From: Asterias rubens
Lineage: Eukaryota
Assembly: GCF_902459465.1 (NCBI RefSeq)
Contig: NC_047075.1
Location: 4,092,001-4,156,000, forward strand
Length of the DNA stretch: 64,000 bases
Direction of reading: 5' to 3'
The stretch's first letter is position 1. Each line of letters begins with the position of its first letter. This document shows, in pieces, positions 35,047 to 64,000 of this stretch. The notes under the pieces were generated by a model. It worked only from the letters and a program-made list of their open reading frames with translations. It was not told the origin of the DNA and did no database searches. The position numbers were made by a program, and so were the translations under genes.

Positions 35047-35493
35047 GGGTCCTACTACTTGCCGTCAACTCGCCGTCAACTCCTCCAATATACATTTAAA
35101 ATCCACAAAAGAAGCATAGAACTGTAAAGTATCAGCTCAAAGAGAATTCGCATAATTGTTAGGTCATATTTCGTAATAAAAATTGAGTTTTTTTCTCGTG
35201 AAAAAATTATCTCGAAGCAGCAAAACAGTCGGCCGCCATCTTGCTTTTTCACATTGATTAGTCTTAGCTAGCCCAAGATGTCAATGATTGGTACTTTTTT
35301 TATCAACACAAAGTCGTTTTTGTGAATGAATTTTTACCGAAAACCACATGAGAAATATGTAGTTTAGCCCAGACTTAACACTTCCGTGCCCCTTTTATAG
35401 ATTTTTCATGTAAATTTAATGAGTTGACGGCACGAAAATGAGTTGACGGCGAGTTGACGGCAAGTCGGGAGTTGACGGCAAGTAGTAGGACCG
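35047..35493. mobile_element. MITE with 8-10 bp TSD and GAGTTGACGGC subterminal repeats
   Basis: TIR GGTCCTACTACTTGCCGTCAACTC; ACATAACG(GG) duplicated at 35039 and 35494. Confidence 0.82.
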
Positions 35494-37099
35494 ACATAAC
35501 GGGTAATCAAATATCAGTTAATTACTATTTTCTCTGTATAAAGTGTAATACTTATAGTTACGATCTATACTATCAATCATTCATAGAGCCAGCTAAGACA
35601 GAAAGGATCAAAGGGTGTCCAGAGACGAGTCAGTTTATTTTTTATTAGTTTACGCCCAGGTACGGATACACAGACGACAGAGTCACAAGTAACAGTAACA
35701 CATTCATTTCAATGGGATTGTAATAAGTATTGTATGACCTAGTTTAGACCTGAGGATAACCCCCCCCCCCCCCCCCCCCCCCCCAGATGCAATTTGTTCC
35801 CTTTTTTTGCAATTTTTTGTGCACCCTTGTTCGCGATGATTTTGTTATGGTAGGCAGTTTCATCAAGTTGATTTTACGTGTAGCAACACACACACACCCC
35901 CGAAAAAAAAAGAATGAAATGTATTAAATAATAACTCACATTTTGTACAACTCACAACTATGACACTTGACAGCAGGCAGGAGCATTCTCTCCTCGTGCT
36001 TACATTGCAAAAGAATTTTGAAATCGGATGAATAGTTTCAGAGATATTGTAAAAAATAGAGAGCAACGACAGAAACCGGATGCTTGGCCTCACGTGCAGC
36101 GCCCATTCGTTTGTGCATGACGTCACCTTTGAACCCTGTGGACAACGGATTTCGGAAATCTTCAGAAAGCGCCGAAGAAGCCCGAAGACGTTTTTTTGCG
36201 AGGAGGGAGCACATGTTTAGACAAAATGAGATAACGATAAACGATGTAGCCGATAAAATTCCGCACATGGTACATCTAGTCGCATAGCTTTTACCATGAA
36301 AACCTATTTTTGTCAGCGTTTTCCGTTTTTTGAATCAAGATTTCTTCCAGAGATAATCATCAAAATTGAATGCGACTTTGTCAGTGCTAATTCCCATACT
36401 TTTAAGATTAACTAAATTTGGTGTAATTTGATTATGTATTCTTCTACCTCGAAGAGGTTTTGTTCAACCATTTTTTGCAAAGTTGTCCTAAATACCCACG
36501 AATGTATGTACTTCGTACATCTTCGTGTTTCCGTTATGTGCCACCGCAATAGGGCGTGTGTTACAATAAGTTTGATAGGCCGGGGCTCTAATTATGTTTC
36601 GTCTTGGTTGGGGGAAAGCTGCCCGATCTTGTTTTTGGTAATTTCCACGTTCTGAATTGATAATAACAGACTGCTCATCTCGAGTCAAAAGAAACTAGTA
36701 TTTATTATCTATGTTTAAGGCCTACTAATTGAAACGAAAGTAGAACAAAAAAATGATTGTATTTATTGTAGCCACTAGTTTTTAGAATGTGTCTTTGTAA
36801 ATATAACAACAATAGTTGATGTGTACCAATGCCTTCATCCTCAATTTTTTTAAAGATTGTTTTAAATGTTTGCTGTATTAATACTACAATTATCCTACAA
36901 GGATCAACTGATCTTAAATTAAAGAAAACATTCCAGTCATAAACTCTTCAATTTTATTCCAATCTGGTTAATTTAATAATGCTATTTGTTGACATAATTA
37001 ATAAAGAATATTCACACAAACACCTGCAAAACTTAACACATATTTAATGTTTATAGTTAACAATTTCCCCCACGGTGCCGCTCCTCAGTTTGATTCCAC

Positions 37100-37370
37100 A
37101 AAATATCACTGATTGCCGTTCATAAAAATCATACTAGCGCCGCGCAGCACAGTCTGTAAACCTCCCCATTGGTAGAGGGCGCTCGTCATATAGTGCGCCC
37201 TCTATTGCCATAGGCTGTGCATTAAACTTGGCCGTAGCCAATATGAAGAAAAACATAACAATTGAACTTGAACACAGACCTGTACGTTTTTTGCTAGCCC
37301 ACCTTGTAATGGTGACAGTGATGAGACCGATGTTCAAAGCGGAGCCATTAACAGCTCAACAAGGTGGGCT
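37100..37370 (+). promoter_or_regulatory. Probable RUNDC1 promoter and non-coding first exon
   Basis: CpG-rich; inverted TAGAGGGCGC pair at 37173-37204; candidate donor AAG|gtgggc at 37364; coding exon 1 has an upstream acceptor. Confidence 0.45.
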
Positions 37371-38150
37371 AGTTTTTTGCACGATCCACGCTCATTAAAA
37401 ACGGTATACAATGTATCTCTGCAACCAAACATCCGATTTCAAAATTTTAAATTGATTTTTACTCCTTAGCATACACCTTAACATACCACATCTTGTCAGA
37501 GAAAAAATCACCTGCATTAAATTTCACTGAAACTGCCTAGTTATGGCATTTTTTTAAAAATTAAATTCAACTTACTCGCACAATGTGACATTGTATTTTT
37601 GTATCAACATTATTTCTGCAATAATAAAAAAAAACAGCACTAGTTCCACTAGGTTAGGGTTTAGCATGGCTCGTTCCAAAAAAATCTTGACACATTTTAA
37701 CCTGATAACGGTAACACATGGCTCTGGCTGCTCATGGCTTCATGCCACGAGTAAAATTTAATACAATTATAATTGTTTATAAATATTATTACTAAATTTG
37801 ATTCACCAAGGATTTATTTTGTTACAATGTACCACGGGTTAGCCAGCATTTCCCTTGCTTACGGTTACACTAAACTTAGTAATATACTAACCATGCTAAC
37901 ACTAACTTTATGAAATACCAGAAGTTCTGCCACTTCTAAGGTAGGGCCTTTTAAATTTAGGGGACGCTCCGTGACGTACACGTACATTGTACATGTATGT
38001 GTGCACAAAACGGCTGCTTTCATGTTTTATGAAATCGGGGAAGTAATTTCAGTTTCATTATCAAACAGACCCCTACATGTACATGTAGATATTAAATTAT
38101 TATTATTATATATTTGTTGCAGGTGATCTCCAGAACGGACTAAGTCCAAC

Positions 38151-58833
<20,683 letters not shown>

Positions 58834-59794
58834 TTGGTCAGTGTTTATTTTAAAAGAGTGTAATTGTAAACGGTATTCTTGATTGGTCTAGAGATTCAGC
58901 AAACCATGTGGGGGGTTGGGGTGGCTATTATTGACACATGTTTCACTCAGCTGCTCTTTTCAGAGTCAATGCTCCTCCCAAAAGAGATTTTAAACATTGT
59001 TTCTTATTCATTGCAGGAAAGCTCAGTTGAAGAATTTCACAGTTTCGCCACAAAAACTAAACATAATTTTTTACTGTTGGGTGTGCTTACAGGGTGAGTC
59101 ATAAAATACACACAAAGCAAGCGACGGGCTGATATGTAAAAAGAGATCTGAAGTGCCCATTTAAAAAATCGTACACAGTGATTAAATTGTTAGGCTCCTG
59201 TAATATGTAAGCATTCATTTTTTTTAAGGGCTGTAACAGGGATGTTGTGTTCTTGCAAACGTCTCGTTAATAACCATTCACCTATAACAAAGCTAACGCA
59301 GGAAATTTGCGTGAATCCTAGATGTTAAGAACGGTTACAGAATACGTAGAATTCAGCAGTAAAGCAGAGCCATGGAAATCGGTTCTGATATTTATGATTT
59401 AAATTACCTTGATTCACAATGAAGTTGTATTCAGAAATCTGTATATTTTGACTATTTATTGCTGCAAATTCTTGCAATGTTTATTTAGGTATAGTGCTTT
59501 AACTGCCTGATATTGTTGTTGTTTTTATTGTTGTTGAGGTCATAACCCTTGCATTTACAGTGAGGGATTTGGCGTAAAAATTTTAGGGAATGGAGCTGTA
59601 ATATTTGCTTCATTTTCATAGACACTTTTAAATTGTTTGTTTTTGTGTTGGTGCAATTCAAAATCTACAAATGGTTTTTAAAGTGATGTGTCAATTTGGC
59701 TCAGCCTCTTTGTCGTATTTGTGGTGGCCCAACTATTGGATGGGTCTGGAGCTACATGTACTTTAGATTGGCTGATGCTAACTACAGTCGCGTA

Positions 59795-60315
59795 ATTGTA
59801 CAGTTTGACAGATTGTACAGTTGAGCAGATGGCTCAGTTGGGCTGTATGTACAGTTGGGCTGTATGTACTGTAAGGCTGAATGTACATGTTTACATATAA
59901 TGTACAGTTAGGCTGATTGTACATGTACAGTTGGACCGATTGTACAGTTGGACAGGTTGGACAGTTTGGCCGGTATACAGTTGGGCCGATTTTACAGTTG
60001 GGCCATATGCACTGTTGGGCTGAATATACATGTACAGTTAGGCTGATTGTACATGTACAGTTGGACTGATTGTACAGTTGGACAGGTGGACAGTTTGGCC
60101 GGTATACAGTTTGGCCGATTTTACAGTTGGGCCAATATGTACTGTTGGGCTGAATATACATGTACAGTTGACCGATTGTACATGTACAGTTGGACTGATT
60201 GTACAGTTGGACAGGTGGACAGTTTGGCCGGTATACAGTTTGGCCGATTTTACAGTTTGGCCGATTGTGAAAGTGGGGCAATTGTACAGACGGGCTGATT
60301 TTACAGTTTGGGTGG
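59795..60315. repeat. Compound minisatellite ((T/G)TACAGTTGG-based ~15-bp units in a ~120-bp higher-order repeat) downstream of the RUNDC1 stop
   Basis: Directly visible; TGTACAGTTGGACAGG(T)GGACAGTTTGGCCGGTATACAGTT block repeated three times. Confidence 0.92.
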
Positions 60316-61452
60316 GAACATTATGTTTGTACAATACAATTTATTGACCCTTTAGATCAGAATGTCAAAGCATGTTGCTGAAACATCCCTTCTTAAAAAA
60401 AAGTGAGAACAAAAGAAGCTTGTTCAGCTAAAGATGTAACAAATTCCAACTGATGTAGTTTTTTTTGCAGCAGAACTTGCATTGTGCTGAAACGACTTAA
60501 AGGTACACAGCGTCCATTTTTCTTTACTTTTTTAGTTTAATTTAAAAGTAGATTTTAGAGGTAGAAAAACGACAAGTTGTTGATTTTCTAGCTACATGTA
60601 TTTCACAAGTTGAGAAACAGAATCTGTGTCGAAAGGTTGTGGTTAATGCGCTTTAAGAAGCAATTCGGAACAAGCCAATTGTAAATTGTTAGCTTGGCAC
60701 ATTAAAGTGTAACAAATTAAATAATTCTGTGCACCAAAAGAGACTGCAGTTTAAAAAACAATAACAAATTGCGTTCGGTATTCGTTGGCGTAACAAATTA
60801 CATATTTATTTGATAAAACCTGCACAAAATTAGCAAACATAAAGTAAATAAGAGAACAACACTGAAGGTTATGCTAGTTGTTTTTCCGTACTAGCTGTTA
60901 CACAGGAATGAAATAATTATTGTAAAAATTAATTGATAAAGAAGATTAATATACTTTCAACATATCATCTAAATTATTTATGTTCTTTGCATTCCTCGAG
61001 CTTGAACTTTGCTTCTTTAAGATTGCATCAAACAGTACTTTTCTTGGTCTTTCTTCAGTTCTTAATTCTTGCAGCTTGAAATGAATTTAAAATTGACCTA
61101 CATGTGTAGGCTGCCTTTTGCAGGCTGACTGAATGTACATTTTAAACACAGTCTTTATTTAATTTTCCAAGTCCACTTTGAAATGCTAGCAGTACTTTTA
61201 AATTCCAAGTTTTTTGTCCCGCCATACATTCTTTTAAATTGATTATCTTCAACAACAAAATGTTGACAGTTAATGCTATACAGATGTGATTTGTGTTGTC
61301 ACAAAAAGAACTTTCTAAATCCACCGTTTTAAACATGTTTCTTGGTGATGGTTTTGTTTTTCATCTACGATTTGTTTAAACTTTTTTTAACAGAAATAAT
61401 TTGAAGAGATTTGTTTTTCCATCCAAATGAACTAAAAACATATTGACAATTG

Positions 61453-61483
<31 letters not shown>

Positions 61484-61871
61484 AGTTCTTTGAATTCAAA
61501 GAGTACTATCTGTGCTTGATAACACTAACAGCGAGTGAAACATGTCGTTATTCACATGTTAATCATTTGTTCTGTGTCGATGACGTACTTGGTTCATTCA
61601 AAATACTATACATACCTTGATGTTAATGTGGAAAACGTTAGCTATGTTATTTAATTGTATATAAAACATGGAAAAAGGTAAATTTATGACCAAAATAAAT
61701 GGTCTTGATACCAAAAATGAATTTTATTTATTAAGTAATTACTTTGAATCTATTTAATTAAAACCGGTATTCAATTGCGCGTATTTGTAAATAACTTGAC
61801 ATTTTTAAGGTGTTGTTTTCTGTCTTATACAAATAATGCAAGTCGACCTTGCTGATCAGGTCATCTCAAGG

Positions 61872-61981
61872 TCAAACATTGACCTCACTGAGGTCAAAGG
61901 AAGATCTATTGTTGGTTAGGTTGGGGCGTGAAGAAGACACTCTCTTCAATTGTTTGACCTCAATGAATTGTCTGTGGTCGG
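61872..61981 (-). CDS. Possible terminal coding exon of an unidentified minus-strand gene extending beyond the window
   Basis: Pyrimidine-rich acceptor candidates (tttcaag at 61982-61983 or accacag at 61972-61973) then ...DHRQFIEVKQLKRVSSSRPNLTNNRSSFDLSEVNV*; AT-rich UTR-like sequence follows. No recognised homology. Confidence 0.3.
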
Positions 61982-62114
61982 CTTGAAACGTGAATGAAAA
62001 AGGCACAGAAACACATCATACAAAAATTGGGCACTCTGTCTTAACAAAACTGTCTTATTATTAACAGACCTTGAACTTTGAAGGGGCACTGCAATTTATT
62101 TTGTTTATGGTTAA

Positions 62115-62491
62115 AGACATTGGACACTATTGATCATTGTCAAAGACCAGTCTTCTCACTTGCTGTATCTCAACATATGCATAAAATAACAAACCTGTGA
62201 AAATTTGAGCTCAGTCGGTTGTCGAAGTTGCGAGATAATAATGAAAAAAAAAAACCTTGTCACACGGAGTTGTGTGCGTTCAAATGCTTGATTTCGAGAC
62301 CTCAAATTCCAAACGTGAGGTCTCGAAATCAAAATTCGTGGAACATTACTTCTTTCTCAAAAACTACGTTACTTCAGAGGGAGCCGTTTCTCAAAAAGTG
62401 TTATACTATCAACCTCTCCCCATTACTTGTTACCAAGTAATTTTGTATGCTAACAATTATTTTGAGTAAATACCAATAGTGTCCACTGCCT
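62115..62491 (+). mobile_element. Kolobok-type MITE family A copy
   Basis: TTAA TSD both sides, full body. Confidence 0.85.
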
Positions 62492-64000
62492 TTAAGGGGC
62501 ACTTGTATGAGGTGAGCTTGTATGGAACTTTGCAAAGGGCACCGGAGAAGGACAGGGTACCACCACAACTGTCCTGTGGTTGTGGCTTATTCCGTGGCCT
62601 TTAAATGGTCAACTGTTTTCACTATTGCTTTTAAAAGATTGTGAAGAGTGCCCTCAAGTAGTAAATTCGTATTCATTCCATTTGTAAACGTATAACCAAT
62701 TTTCAATGAGCCATGTTCGGCAATTTGTTCGGCAATTTGTTCGGCAAATGTTAGGTAACTGGTTACCCTTTGGATTGCACCAAGTACATTTATATTATAC
62801 AGTGTGACGCCCTACTGTAATTTACAAATTATTCATTAAGACTGTCTAAGTTCCTTTGGAAATTACCGCATTCCAAATTCTTCCATTGATATTTTGATCA
62901 CAAAGTGCAATATTTTAAATAACTAGAGGGTATTTAGAGCTGTATTGCTATTAGTATAATTATTGGTATTTTAGGGTAGCATAAAGTGCAAGTGAAAGAA
63001 GAAATGTATTTTTCTGTGCCGGAATAAATATTGTGTTAGAAAAATCAATGGGTGTCTAAAGTATTGATTTCTGCTGTCTGCATTATTTGCTGAGTGTCCT
63101 TACCAAAGGTTGTGGTGATACTTTGGCAAAAATAAATAAACATTTTGCTTTATTTTTGTTGTTAATTATTATGTGTGGTTTTTTTTTCACTGCGAAAGCG
63201 CAAGTTTGTTTAAGACAAAAGCATATGTGTAAAGTGTTCTCTAAGTGGAGATTCCGAGTCTATGAGTCATACAAAGGGTCATAGGCCATGTCAATCGGGC
63301 CTGTCTTTGGGGGATAGCACTTATAGGGTGCAGCCGTCGATTTCACAAAGAGTTAGGACTCGTCTTATCTCGAGTTAGGACGAGTAACTCGTCCTAATTT
63401 AGGATTAATCTTAAGGTCTGCATGCTACAGTGCAGGGTTGGGACTCGTCCTAAGTCATAAGATTAATCCTAAGTTAGGAAGAGTTTTGTGACAAGAAAAT
63501 ATTGATCGATAATGAAATTATTATTAAAAAAGCAAAGAATTCGTGCCAACAGTAACCATGTGTTTGGATGCATAGTTTGGTTTATAGAAGTAAGCGTGAT
63601 CTGTAACCACAATTGGCGACAAAACAGGATTTAAAAAAAAATATGTTCAATATCAAAACCGATGTTTACAACGACAAATCACGTAACCAGCATTATCAGG
63701 AGGAAAAAACTGTCCCACAAACATGCACCAATTGTGCGGATTAAACGGCGTTTGTGCGGTATCGTGCATTATGTGTGATGGTAAATTTTAATTTATCTTT
63801 TGTGTAGGGTTGATTAGCATATTACTTAACACCCTCCTATATATTTTGTACACAATTTTGACACCAAATATTGACAGATCAGAAAATAAACCGAAAAGCA
63901 TGGTTATGTGATGTTATAGAGATCCTAAAGTCTATACACTAATCGGACCATTGATGCTTTTGAGTCGGAATAAATGTTTTTTGTTGAACCCTGTATCATT

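Noticed and set aside
59778-60347. ORFs of 83-167 aa on both strands
   Set aside because: Translations of the compound minisatellite.

Overview
AT-rich, intron-rich animal genomic DNA. The repeat content and gene structures suggest an invertebrate deuterostome, probably an echinoderm such as a sea star; that is an inference, with no database search. Three spliced genes can be rebuilt by hand with canonical GT-AG introns and consistent phases. SF3A2 is on the minus strand (first three coding exons; it runs off the left edge). It lies head-to-head with a complete GTPBP6/HflX-family GTPase on the plus strand (7 coding exons, 578 aa). RUNDC1 is complete on the plus strand (14 coding exons, 576 aa). 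A possible terminal exon of a fourth, minus-strand gene lies near 61.9 kb. Introns are packed with non-autonomous DNA transposons (TTAA-flanked Kolobok-type MITEs, plus Tc1/pogo-, Mutator- and Harbinger-type), L2 and RTE LINE ends, tRNA-derived SINE-like repeats and minisatellites. The ~21 kb from the GTPBP6 3' flank into RUNDC1 intron 1 (mostly intergenic) is different: I saw none of the common MITEs there, but decayed coding-like relics, a ~398-bp tandem exon/intron array, a GC-box cluster, a CCAAT-rich promoter-like island and a 1.25-kb foldback. The most striking extras are a Penelope-type minimal hammerhead ribozyme motif in RUNDC1 intron 1 and a strong, regionally skewed excess of the palindromes TACATGTA and TAGGCCTA.
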